NCBI GenBank assembly: GCA_003161515.1
Contig: PMOH01000323.1
Coordinates: forward strand, 1 to 35,130
Origin: Deltaproteobacteria bacterium
Lineage (GTDB): Bacteria; Desulfobacterota; Binatia; Binatales; Binataceae
DNA length: 35,130 bases
Direction of reading: 5' to 3'
The notes beneath the pieces were generated by a model. It was not told where the DNA came from and made no database searches. It saw only the letters and a program-made list of their open reading frames with translations. Both the position numbers and the translations under genes were made by a program. This document shows, piece after piece, positions 1 through 7,740 of the stretch (positions within the stretch are counted from its first letter, which is position 1; every line of letters starts with the position of its first letter).

Positions 1-192
1 CGTAGCCGAGGGACCCCGGATCTTTCTCGACGTGTGCCGACTCACACCATCCACGGCGCGGGCGAGCTGAGCGTATCCGGAATTCCTCCCAGGGTTGCGT
101 TCCAAATCCATCAGCGATATTTCAGAGATCGATCCTCGCTCGAGGTGCTGAGGGATGTTTTCCTAACTCAAAAACCCAGAGGAGTAATCGTC

Positions 193-630
193 ATGGCGAG
201 CAAAGCGGTCAAACCAATTCCCGACGGGTACCATACCGTCACTCCGTTCATTAACGTGAAGGGCGTCGCGAAGATGATCGATTTCCTGAAGTCGGCGCTC
301 GGTGCCGAGGAGGTCATGCGGATGCCCGGACCCGACGGCACCGTGATGCACGCCGAAGTGAGCATCGGAAATTCGCGGCTGATGCTCGGTGAGCCGATGC
401 AGAGCGGCGCCTCAACCAGCGCCTTCTATGTTTACGTCAGCGACGTGGACTCGATGTACAAACGCGCGACCGGCGCGGGCGCCAAGTCGGTGAGTCCGCC
501 GACCGATCAGTTCTGGGGCGATCGCATGGCGACGGTGCAGGACTCGTTCGGCAACACTTGGTCACTCGCCACGCACAAAGAAGATCCGACTCCCGAAGAA
601 ATGGCTAAGCGGATGGCGGCGAATCACTAA
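193..630 (+). CDS. VOC (glyoxalase/bleomycin-resistance) superfamily protein, PhnB/YjdN-like, 145 aa
   Basis: Part of ORF 34..630. The internal ATG at 193 is preceded by AGAGGAG (178-184). From MASKAVKPIPDGYHTVTPFINV to GDRMATVQDSFGNTWSLATH the sequence has the look of small PhnB-like VOC proteins. The 53 upstream codons look non-coding. Confidence 0.75.
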   Translation: MASKAVKPIPDGYHTVTPFINVKGVAKMIDFLKSALGAEEVMRMPGPDGTVMHAEVSIGNSRLMLGEPMQSGASTSAFYVYVSDVDSMYKRATGAGAKSVSPPTDQFWGDRMATVQDSFGNTWSLATHKEDPTPEEMAKRMAANH

Positions 631-643
631 GAACGACACCAAC

Positions 644-679
644 GATGCGAGGGATCCTACTTCAGGGATCCCTCGCATC
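644..679 (+). terminator. Stem-loop downstream of the VOC gene (candidate intrinsic terminator)
   Basis: Perfect 14-bp inverted repeat GATGCGAGGGATCC (644-657) / GGATCCCTCGCATC (666-679) with an 8-nt loop, 14 nt after the stop codon. The T-tract after it is weak (TCGATTCTC). Confidence 0.5.
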
Positions 680-823
680 TCGATTCTCAATTGTAAATTT
701 TACCGATCGTTCAAAAATATATTCGCTGTCCGCCCTCCCGTTGCTTTGAACTGTTTGCAAAGTGCACTAAGGTTCAAATTCATCAAAGAACTGATGCAAA
801 CTTAGACTTCTTTATCAGAGCAT

Positions 824-2578
824 ATGCAGAGGTTGTCGAAAAAAAGGACCGGCCTGGCCGTATTGGCCAAAACGGTCGAGCGTCTCGAAAAAGCGCCCAC
901 CGGCATCGTCGGCCTGGACGAGATAACTCTCGGCGGACTTCCGCGCGGACGTGCGACACTCATTTGCGGCAGCGCCGGCTGCGGCAAGACCATGCTCGGC
1001 GTCGAGTTTCTGGTCAACGGCATCCGGGAATATGGGGAACCGGGCGTTTTCGTCGCCTTCGAGGAAACCAAAAACGAGCTGGTCGTAAACTCAGCCGCGC
1101 TTGATTTCGATCTGGGCAAGCTTGTGCGCGAGGGCAAGCTCGCAATCGATCACGTCCACATCGATCCAAATGAAATCGCCGAGACCGGTGAGTACGACCT
1201 CGAAGGACTGTTCATCCGGCTCAAGTACGCGATCGAATCGGTCGGCGCGAAGCGGGTGGTGCTGGACACGATCGAGACGCTCTTTTCGGGATTTTCGAAC
1301 ACGGCGCTCTTGCGCGCGGAAATCCGGCGCCTGTTTCAATACCTGAAATCTTTCGGGGTAACCGCGATCATCACCGGCGAACGCGGCGAGAACGCGCTCA
1401 CCCGTTACGGTCTCGAAGAATACGTCGCCGACTGCGTGATCCTGCTCGACCATCGCGTCCGCGATCAAATCACCACCCGCCGCATTCGGATCGTGAAGTA
1501 TCGCGGCAGCCGCCACGGCACTAACGAGTATCCGTTCATCATCGACGAGCGCGGGTTTTCGGTACTGCCGGTCACTTCGATGGCCTTAAACCACAAGGTC
1601 TCGAGCCAGGTGATTTCTACCGGTGTGCCTGACCTCGATGCGATGCTCGGGGTGGGTGGCTACTATCGCGGCAGCACGGTTCTTATGTCGGGTACTGCCG
1701 GGATGGGGAAAAGCAGCTTTGCCAGTGCCTTGGCGCGGTCGACGTGCGAGGGTGGCGAGCGCGTCCTTTACTTTGCGTTCGAGGAATCGGAGAAACAGAT
1801 CGTTCGTAACATGCGATCGATCGGCATCGACCTGCAGCCCCATCTCGACAGCGGGCGGCTGCGGATAGTCGCGCAGCGGCCGTTTCTCTATGGGCTCGAA
1901 ATGCATCTGGTTTCGATGCACAAGGAAATCAACCGATTTCGGCCCGCCGTGGTGGTGGTGGATCCGATCTCGAACCTGATCTCGGCCGGAACTGAGCGCG
2001 AAGTGTCGGCGATGCTTACGCTGCTCATCGACTTTCTGAAGACCGAGGGCGTCACCGGGTTCTTCACCGTGCTCACCGAAAATGGCGGACGGCTGGAAAC
2101 CTCCGACACCGGAGTTTCCTCGCTGATCGACACCTGGATGCTGGTGCGCGATATCGAGATTTCCGGGGAGCGCAATCGAGGGCTCTACGTACTGAAGTCG
2201 CGCGGCATGAATCACTCCAACCAGATCCGTGAGTTTCTGCTGAGCAGCAAGGGCATTAAGCTGGTCGAGGTTTATCTCGGCCCGTCCGGGATGCTCACCG
2301 GTTCCGCGCGGGTGGCGCTCGAAGAGCAGGAGCGCGACGCGTCGGTTCGGCAGGCTGACGACCAGGAGATCAAACGCGCCCAGCTCGAGCGGCGGCGCAA
2401 GGCGATGGAAGCGCAGATCGAAGCGCTGCGAGCCGAATTCGAAGCCGATGCAGTCGAGGTAGATAGAGCGCTTTCGCTCGAAAGCAAGCGCGAGAAGCGG
2501 GCGCTCGACAATCAATCAGCCATGGCGAAAAGTCGCAGAGCCAACGGTCACTTGTCTCAAAACTCCAATAGGAAATAA
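824..2578 (+). CDS. kaiC: Circadian clock protein KaiC homologue (double RecA-like ATPase) with a long C-terminal coiled-coil extension, 584 aa
   Basis: Two tandem RecA-like halves. CI has Walker A GSAGCGKT (968-991) and catalytic EE in VFVAFEETKNE. CII has Walker A GTAGMGKS and LYFAFEESEKQ. The CII segment TGVSSLIDTWMLVRDIEISGE aligns with S. elongatus ISTITDTIILLQYVEIRGE, placing SS (2117-2122) at the S431/T432 phosphosites. Two kaiB genes follow directly. Confidence 0.93.
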   Translation: MQRLSKKRTGLAVLAKTVERLEKAPTGIVGLDEITLGGLPRGRATLICGSAGCGKTMLGVEFLVNGIREYGEPGVFVAFEETKNELVVNSAALDFDLGKLVREGKLAIDHVHIDPNEIAETGEYDLEGLFIRLKYAIESVGAKRVVLDTIETLFSGFSNTALLRAEIRRLFQYLKSFGVTAIITGERGENALTRYGLEEYVADCVILLDHRVRDQITTRRIRIVKYRGSRHGTNEYPFIIDERGFSVLPVTSMALNHKVSSQVISTGVPDLDAMLGVGGYYRGSTVLMSGTAGMGKSSFASALARSTCEGGERVLYFAFEESEKQIVRNMRSIGIDLQPHLDSGRLRIVAQRPFLYGLEMHLVSMHKEINRFRPAVVVVDPISNLISAGTEREVSAMLTLLIDFLKTEGVTGFFTVLTENGGRLETSDTGVSSLIDTWMLVRDIEISGERNRGLYVLKSRGMNHSNQIREFLLSSKGIKLVEVYLGPSGMLTGSARVALEEQERDASVRQADDQEIKRAQLERRRKAMEAQIEALRAEFEADAVEVDRALSLESKREKRALDNQSAMAKSRRANGHLSQNSNRK

Positions 2579-2597
2579 TTAAAGGTAGAGTTATCAG

Positions 2598-2960
2598 GTG
2601 AAGAAAAAGACCGCTCCACGAAAAAATTCTCACAACGTGCGGTCGCAGAAATCGAACGTGCCGAAGAAACCTAAAGCGCAGGCCGACGAATCGTGGAAGA
2701 TGCGCCTGTACGTCGCCGGCCAATCGACCAAATCGGTCACCGCGATTGACAATTTGCGGCGCATCTGTGAGACGCACATGCCCGGTCGCTTCACGATCGA
2801 GGTGATAGATCTCATGCGCAATCCGGAGCTGGCCAAGGACGATCAGATTGTCGCGATTCCGACCCTGGTCAGAAAACTCCCGGCGCCGGTCAAGCGCATC
2901 ATTGGCGATCTTTCGGCAACCGATAAGGTCCTTATGAGTTTGGAACTGAGCGTAGTCTGA
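2598..2960 (+). CDS. kaiB: KaiB homologue 1 (thioredoxin-like fold) with a basic N-terminal tail, 120 aa
   Basis: The core [23 protein letters not shown]...[40 protein letters not shown] matches the KaiB signature. GTG start at 2598, 19 nt after the kaiC stop, with AAAGGTAGAG upstream. An alternative ATG at 2700 would remove the Lys/Arg-rich 34-aa tail. Confidence 0.85.
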   Translation: MKKKTAPRKNSHNVRSQKSNVPKKPKAQADESWKMRLYVAGQSTKSVTAIDNLRRICETHMPGRFTIEVIDLMRNPELAKDDQIVAIPTLVRKLPAPVKRIIGDLSATDKVLMSLELSVV

Positions 2961-2965
2961 GGCAT

Positions 2966-3307
2966 ATGGTGGCAAAAATTCATCGAATCACACCGCACGC
3001 GCGCGCGAAGGCGTCCAAGTCGAAGCACGGGCGCTATATGCTGCGCCTGTTTACCAGTGGCACCACTCCCCGCTCGACCACTGCACTGCGAAATTTGCGC
3101 GAAATTTGCGAAACCGATCTGGAAGGCAACTACGATCTCGAGGTCGTCGATATTTATCAGGAGCCCGGCCGCGCGACTGAATCCGACATCATCGCGGCGC
3201 CGACCCTGATAAAAGAAGAACCACTCCCTACAAAACGCATGGTCGGCGACTTGTCGGATCGGCCCAAAGTGCTGCTCGGCCTTGCCATCGCGGGTAAATC
3301 GAAATGA
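2966..3307 (+). CDS. kaiB: KaiB homologue 2, 113 aa
   Basis: The core RLFTSGTTPRSTTALRNLREICE...LEVVDIYQEPGRATESDIIAAPTLIKEEPLPTKRMVGDLS is KaiB-like. By hand alignment, 36 of 85 core positions are identical to KaiB1. It starts 5 nt after the KaiB1 stop, and its stop overlaps the kinase start (ATGA at 3304-3307). Confidence 0.85.
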   Translation: MVAKIHRITPHARAKASKSKHGRYMLRLFTSGTTPRSTTALRNLREICETDLEGNYDLEVVDIYQEPGRATESDIIAAPTLIKEEPLPTKRMVGDLSDRPKVLLGLAIAGKSK

Positions 3308-4524
3308 AGGCCAACCTAAAACCCAGTGTACGCCTGGAACTCGATGAGCTTCGCCAGCGGCTTCAGGAAGCCGAAGAAACCCTTGACGCGATTCGCAGCG
3401 GCGAGGTCGATGCGCTCGTGGTGTCGGGACCCGGCGGCGAGAAAGTCTTCACCCTCGAAGGCGCCGAACATCCCTACCGCGTTTTAGTCGAGAGCATGAA
3501 CGAAGGGGCGGTTTCACTTTCCAAAGATAGAACCATCCTGTACTGCAATTCCGCTTTCGCGCGCATGGTCGGCGTTTCACTCGATCGGATCATGGGCAAC
3601 GACGTGTGCGAATTCGTCCCCGAAGAAGATCGCGAGACGCTCAAAAAGTTGATCAAGCAGGCGTCGCGCGCATCTGTGCGCGCCGAGATGACGCTGTTGC
3701 CGAGTTCGGGCGACCCTCTTCCAACTCAATTCTCGCTCAATCCGGTGGACCTCGAAGGCAAACCGTCAGTCGGGATCATCGTGACCGACCTGAGCGAGCG
3801 CCGACGCAATGAACAAGCGGAGGCGGCAGTGCGGATGCGCGATGAGTTCCTGGCGATTGCATCGCACGAACTGCGCACCCCGCTCAGTACCCTGGTTCTC
3901 CGGCTGGGCCTGCTCGAGCGCCATGCCCAGGCCGCCGACATGGACCAGGTAAAAGCGAGCGTAAGCCGGGCCAAAGATCAGACCGACAGGATGCGCCGTT
4001 TGGTGGATCGCCTGCTCGACGTCTCGCAGCTGGCCAGTGGAAGATTGTCATTGGAATTGGCGCCCAACGACCTTGGCCGCGTGGTCAAGGAAGTCGCCGA
4101 GCGATTCTCCGAGGACGCGGCCAACGCGCGCTGTGAATTCCGTCTGAAGGTCGCGGACGGAGTCAACACATATCTGGACGGGTTCCGGCTTGATGAAGCG
4201 ATCGGCAACGTCATTTCCAATGCGATCAAATACGGCGCGGGAAAGCCGGTCGAGGTCGAGCTGAAAGTGGACGACGGCAACGCGACATTGATCGTGCAAG
4301 ATCGCGGCATTGGTATTCCGGTCGAAGATTTGTCGCGAATCTTTGGACGCTTCGAGCGGACTACAATCAGTCACAACTACGGCGGACTCGGTCTCGGACT
4401 CTACATCGCCAAGCAGGTCATCGAACAGCATGACGGCTCGATAAGAGCTGAGACGAGGTCCGGCGGTGGCGCACGGATCGTTATCGAGCTGCCCCTCGTC
4501 AAAAGTACGGACGGAAAAGGATAG
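3304..4524 (+). CDS. PAS-domain sensor histidine kinase (coiled coil + PAS + HisKA + HATPase_c), soluble, 406 aa
   Basis: N-terminal coiled coil (LDELRQRLQEAEETLDAIRSGEVDALVV) and a PAS-like region (YRVLVESMNEGAVSL..ILYCNSAFARMVG). H-box IASHELRTPL with His188 at 3865-3867, N-box NAIKYG, G1 DRGIGI, G2 GGLGLGLYIAKQ. No TM segments. The start codon overlaps the kaiB2 stop. Confidence 0.9.
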   Translation: MKANLKPSVRLELDELRQRLQEAEETLDAIRSGEVDALVVSGPGGEKVFTLEGAEHPYRVLVESMNEGAVSLSKDRTILYCNSAFARMVGVSLDRIMGNDVCEFVPEEDRETLKKLIKQASRASVRAEMTLLPSSGDPLPTQFSLNPVDLEGKPSVGIIVTDLSERRRNEQAEAAVRMRDEFLAIASHELRTPLSTLVLRLGLLERHAQAADMDQVKASVSRAKDQTDRMRRLVDRLLDVSQLASGRLSLELAPNDLGRVVKEVAERFSEDAANARCEFRLKVADGVNTYLDGFRLDEAIGNVISNAIKYGAGKPVEVELKVDDGNATLIVQDRGIGIPVEDLSRIFGRFERTTISHNYGGLGLGLYIAKQVIEQHDGSIRAETRSGGGARIVIELPLVKSTDGKG

Positions 4525-4777
4525 ACCTACTCAAAGAACTCTTCTGCCTCTCCCAACACCAACTGTCTTACGAATCTATTCTGGTTACGGGTCGCAAAAA
4601 CCCTTCACGGCGCAACGATCCGATCACACGCTGCTGGTAAAATTTGCAAAATACAATCTATGTTCCCTGGAGAACAATTCGGTATTGGGCAAAGTGGTCT
4701 TACCGAGCAATGATTATTTGAGAAGAGGTTCCCTCCGGCACATCTCTGAACGAATAGTCGTCCGACCAGGTGGGGCA

Positions 4778-5086
4778 ATGGAAACAAATCTAAATCCGTG
4801 GGAAACGCACGACTGGTTCGACCGTCCATTGGAAATCGATCCGGGCGAAAGAATCACTCAGTTCATTTGCCGCAAATGCGGTCGTGGATTCGTGAACGAT
4901 GCGGATGGCAGGCGATACGCTATTCACGCTTCAGCGTTCGCTATCTATCGTCTCGCGGACGAAGTCACCGACCGATGGCTTTCGGAACCGTGCCCCAGTG
5001 AGCTCAAGCAAGCGGATCTGGACGATAGGAGTGCTCGCCATATGAACGGATCTTCCACGCCCGAATCCGTCGCCAAGTCGAGATAG
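4778..5086 (+). CDS. Hypothetical protein, 102 aa (CxxC-containing)
   Basis: ATG at 4778 preceded by CCAGGTGGGG. Sequence METNLNPWETHDWFDRPLEIDPGERITQFICRKCGRGF... matches no family I recognise. The longer ORF from 4466 overlaps the kinase gene and crosses AT-rich, non-coding-looking DNA. Confidence 0.35.
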   Translation: METNLNPWETHDWFDRPLEIDPGERITQFICRKCGRGFVNDADGRRYAIHASAFAIYRLADEVTDRWLSEPCPSELKQADLDDRSARHMNGSSTPESVAKSR

Positions 5087-5162
5087 TGTAGTACCGAACT
5101 TTATTACGCAGCGTTCCACTTTATCTGGCCCATACTACATTGAGTTAGACACTTCGGCGAAC

Positions 5163-5660
5163 TCATAGCGCCTTGTGCCAGAACTCCATCGGGATGCGTT
5201 CCGCGCCAAACGCCGCTTGATCGAAACCGACTTTGCGATAGAGTCTGCGCGCTACGTGATTGTCCTTGCGCACTTCGAGCGTGATCCGGCAGCAATTCAG
5301 CTCGCGCGCGCGGACCTCGATTCGTTCGAGCAGCATCGCGCCGATTCCAGTTCCCCGCACTGACGAATCGACGAAGATGTCGTGGATGTTGATCAAAGGG
5401 CGCGCGTTGAAGGTCGAGAATCCCAGGAAGCAAATCGAAAAACCGACCGGCGAGCCGCCGCGATACGCGAGGAATACATAACACGCCGGATGTGCGCGCA
5501 GGCCCGGCACCAGGTCGCGCTTGATTCGCTCCGACGGACGCTCGCCACCCTCCATCGGATCGCGCATGTACGCATCGAGCATCGTAACCAGCGCCTGTTG
5601 ATGCTCGCCGCGCGACAAATCCGCGTCAACGATCGTCACGTTCTTCAGTTCAGCGGTCAC
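5163..5660 (-). CDS. GNAT-family N-acetyltransferase, 165 aa
   Basis: GNAT acetyl-CoA-binding motif IFVDSSVRGTGIGAMLLERIEVRAREL and C-terminal HVARRLYRKVGF. GTG start at 5660 overlaps the upstream gene's TGA (GTGA). The 236-aa ORF-track version runs into the MORN gene in another frame. Confidence 0.8.
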   Translation of the reverse strand: MTAELKNVTIVDADLSRGEHQQALVTMLDAYMRDPMEGGERPSERIKRDLVPGLRAHPACYVFLAYRGGSPVGFSICFLGFSTFNARPLINIHDIFVDSSVRGTGIGAMLLERIEVRARELNCCRITLEVRKDNHVARRLYRKVGFDQAAFGAERIPMEFWHKAL

Positions 5661-6109
5661 GAGACTTTGTTGTCGTCCTTGTAGGTCTCTTCCCAGTTCT
5701 TGAATCCTTCGGGGTCCCATCGCTTCCAGACGCCCTCGCGCTTGCCGTTCTTGTACATGCCGACCGCCGCGATTTTGCCGTTGGTGTACCAGCCGACGTG
5801 CTCGCCCTCCTGCACGCCGTCTTTGTAGTGGTCCACCGATTTCTTCTGGCCGTTGTCGTACCACATCGTCCACTCGCCGCTCTGTTTGCCGTCGTGATAC
5901 TCGCCGACGATCATCTTCCCACCATCGTCGCGATAGAGCACGTACGGCCCTTCTTTGACGTCGGCACCGTTAACGGTCTTCACGCAAGCAATCTCGGAGT
6001 CATTAGGCGGCCCTTGTCCCATCTGCTTAGTCCCAGCCGAACAAAGCGGCGCCGCTTTGCACCCGGTCAAAACAGCAGCGAGGAGTAATACTGCGGCTTT
6101 GGCATTCAT
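5657..6109 (-). CDS. MORN-repeat (YwqK-like) lipoprotein, 150 aa
   Basis: The ATG at 6109 gives MNAKAAVLLLAAVLTGC, a signal peptide with a lipobox Cys. Repeated G-x-x-x-G-E-W/G-x-W-x-x-Y units follow (GKQSGEWTMWYDNGQKK, GVQEGEHVGWYTNGK, GKREGVWKRWDPEG), typical of MORN-variant repeats. Confidence 0.7.
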   Translation of the reverse strand: MNAKAAVLLLAAVLTGCKAAPLCSAGTKQMGQGPPNDSEIACVKTVNGADVKEGPYVLYRDDGGKMIVGEYHDGKQSGEWTMWYDNGQKKSVDHYKDGVQEGEHVGWYTNGKIAAVGMYKNGKREGVWKRWDPEGFKNWEETYKDDNKVS

Positions 6110-6198
6110 CAAGTATCGGGAAGGGTGCAGTTTACACAACTGCTTGTGGTTTTGAGATGGGCATACCACCAACGCGAGACTCAAATGCGAACGCAAAT

Positions 6199-6651
6199 CT
6201 ATTTTTTTGGTACGAGCTGCCCGCCCATAAGCCCGAATTGCGCAAACTCCTCAGGAGAACCTACCGAAAACATGAAAGTGTCTCTGAAGATTTGATTGCC
6301 GTCTTTTAACAGACGAATCACATATCGCCCCGTACGCGGAAACTTGATCAGACCGGATATCACGAACGGCAAATTTATCCGTTCGGCTCGTTTAATGTCT
6401 ACCGGGTGAGGAGGAAGGCTAAAAATCAAAGTCCCTGACCAATCCTTCACTTCAAGCACCAAATTTCCTGCGCCTTCACCCGCCCCGCCAACGAAAAAGA
6501 ATGTAATTCCTCCGAGAGGTATCTCTAGATTTTGCACCCGAATATCAACATTAGGCGCTATTCCGTAGAAGCCCAGAATAGTACTTTTTCCGCCCAATTC
6601 GGGACGCGCGGAATCGCAAATAATGCACTGATCAATGTGCGGGAAAGGCAT
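6199..6651 (-). CDS. Hypothetical soluble protein, 150 aa
   Basis: Intact ORF directly abutting the upstream gene (stop at 6652, start at 6651). Beta-rich sequence MPFPHIDQCIICDSARPELGGKSTILGFYG...; no family recognised with confidence. G+C is lower than in the flanks. Confidence 0.55.
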   Translation of the reverse strand: MPFPHIDQCIICDSARPELGGKSTILGFYGIAPNVDIRVQNLEIPLGGITFFFVGGAGEGAGNLVLEVKDWSGTLIFSLPPHPVDIKRAERINLPFVISGLIKFPRTGRYVIRLLKDGNQIFRDTFMFSVGSPEEFAQFGLMGGQLVPKK

Positions 6652-7056
6652 TCAATTGTTCAGCGTAAAGGGAGGGATTGATATGTTTTCAGCTCCCGCC
6701 AAACTGGTTGAATCGGACGGCGCTGCCGGCGGGGCTGCCGACACAAACCCCAAATACATCGTGAACGTGAGAATGGGAACATATGCCATCGAACGCTCCC
6801 ACCACGCAACAAAACGAATGGCATCGGTCGCTGTTGTCTGAGCCACAAATACCATTGGAACTGGACGATTCAGCCTGATCCGAAACGCTTGCGCTGTCGC
6901 AAATCCCATCACACAGGCGCAAATCAACGCCTGTTGTTCATCTAAAATTCCCCGTGTACGGACCACTTCGAACAAGAGGCCCCAAATTGCGAAGACTACG
7001 CCGACCGCGAGATACGTTTTCAGGAGTCTAAACGACTCACGCAACCACAAAGACAT
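6652..7056 (-). CDS. Hypothetical integral membrane protein, 134 aa
   Basis: Hydrophobic segments YLAVGVVFAIWGLLF, ALICACVMGFATAQAF and AYVPILTFTMYLGFVSAA. Abuts the downstream gene with no gap. Lower-G+C block. Confidence 0.5.
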   Translation of the reverse strand: MSLWLRESFRLLKTYLAVGVVFAIWGLLFEVVRTRGILDEQQALICACVMGFATAQAFRIRLNRPVPMVFVAQTTATDAIRFVAWWERSMAYVPILTFTMYLGFVSAAPPAAPSDSTSLAGAENISIPPFTLNN

Positions 7057-7435
7057 GTAACCCTCGAACGAGCTTTTCTCTTTTGTTCCAGAGTATCACA
7101 GACACTTCGCGAAGCAGCCAAATTACGAACCCGATGTTAGCGATATGGTCAAGCCTAAGCAGCGTATCCTGGTAGAAAAAATCTGGACCGGTCGTATAGA
7201 CAATTGCCACTCTGATCAACGCAGAGATTAACAAACAAAACACCACGTTCCCGCCATGCTGCGAGAGCACTTTCAGCGTGTCTAAATCTAACCACTCCAA
7301 AATTTTCAACAAACGGCGATTGCCCCCCACGCGGAAGCAATGTAGCCAAATGGTCGTAGAACCGTCAATTGCGGTCGCAGTCCGCTCGGCAGACGGTGAA
7401 ATTAGGTCAAAAGCGTAGTTTTTTGGACGGCTCAA
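7037..7435 (-). CDS. Hypothetical membrane protein, up to 132 aa (start uncertain)
   Basis: The start codon at 7435 is TTG and there is no internal Met. Hydrophobic segments VVFCLLISALIRVAIVY and IANIGFVIWLL. Overlaps the next gene by 20 nt. Weakest call of the three-gene cassette. Confidence 0.35.
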   Translation of the reverse strand: MSRPKNYAFDLISPSAERTATAIDGSTTIWLHCFRVGGNRRLLKILEWLDLDTLKVLSQHGGNVVFCLLISALIRVAIVYTTGPDFFYQDTLLRLDHIANIGFVIWLLREVSVILWNKREKLVRGLHVFVVA

Positions 7436-7692
7436 TCAAAACCGCCCACTACTTATCGGTAGCTTCATTCCGTCGAGATGGGCGTTCGTTCACCGCGGTT
7501 CGCCTAACGATCTCAGTCGAGTGGAGGTAGCTTGCATGAGGGATATCCACAGCAATGATTTAGCATGTTGGGCGAGGAATGATCAGGCTAAAAAGTTCAT
7601 CCTGAACTTTTGTGGCGTAGAGCGCGGAGCTTGCACCATTGAAAATTTGCGGCGTATCAGACAATCGTGCCGCATAAGGTCCCCCACCCTGA

Positions 7693-7717
7693 CCCTCCCC
7701 CCACGAACGGGGGAGGG
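7693..7717 (-). terminator. G/C-rich stem-loop just downstream of the ThDP-enzyme gene (terminator or REP-like element)
   Basis: CCCTCCCCC (7693-7701) / GGGGGAGGG (7709-7717) with a 7-nt loop, 24 nt past the stop at 7741 on the minus strand. No U-tract follows, so function is uncertain. Confidence 0.35.
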
Positions 7718-7740
7718 AATTTCAGAGGCGGAGAGGGTTG

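Noticed and set aside
4466-4777. N-terminal part of ORF 4466..5086, and ORF 7521..7841 (+).
   Set aside because: The first overlaps the kinase 3' end and crosses AT-rich, intergenic-looking DNA. The second runs antisense into the ThDP-enzyme gene. Neither has recognisable protein features.
5661-5873. Longer 236-aa version of the GNAT ORF.
   Set aside because: The extension overlaps the MORN lipoprotein gene in a different frame and is Arg/Gly-rich junk. The GTG at 5660 gives a standard-length GNAT coupled to the upstream stop.
7591-7611. Perfect AT-rich palindrome AAAAGTTCA-TCC-TGAACTTTT in the gap between the low-G+C cassette and the ThDP-enzyme gene.
   Set aside because: It may be an operator or a weak hairpin. 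It is a single copy with no adjacent regulator or clear gene relationship, so I cannot assign a function.
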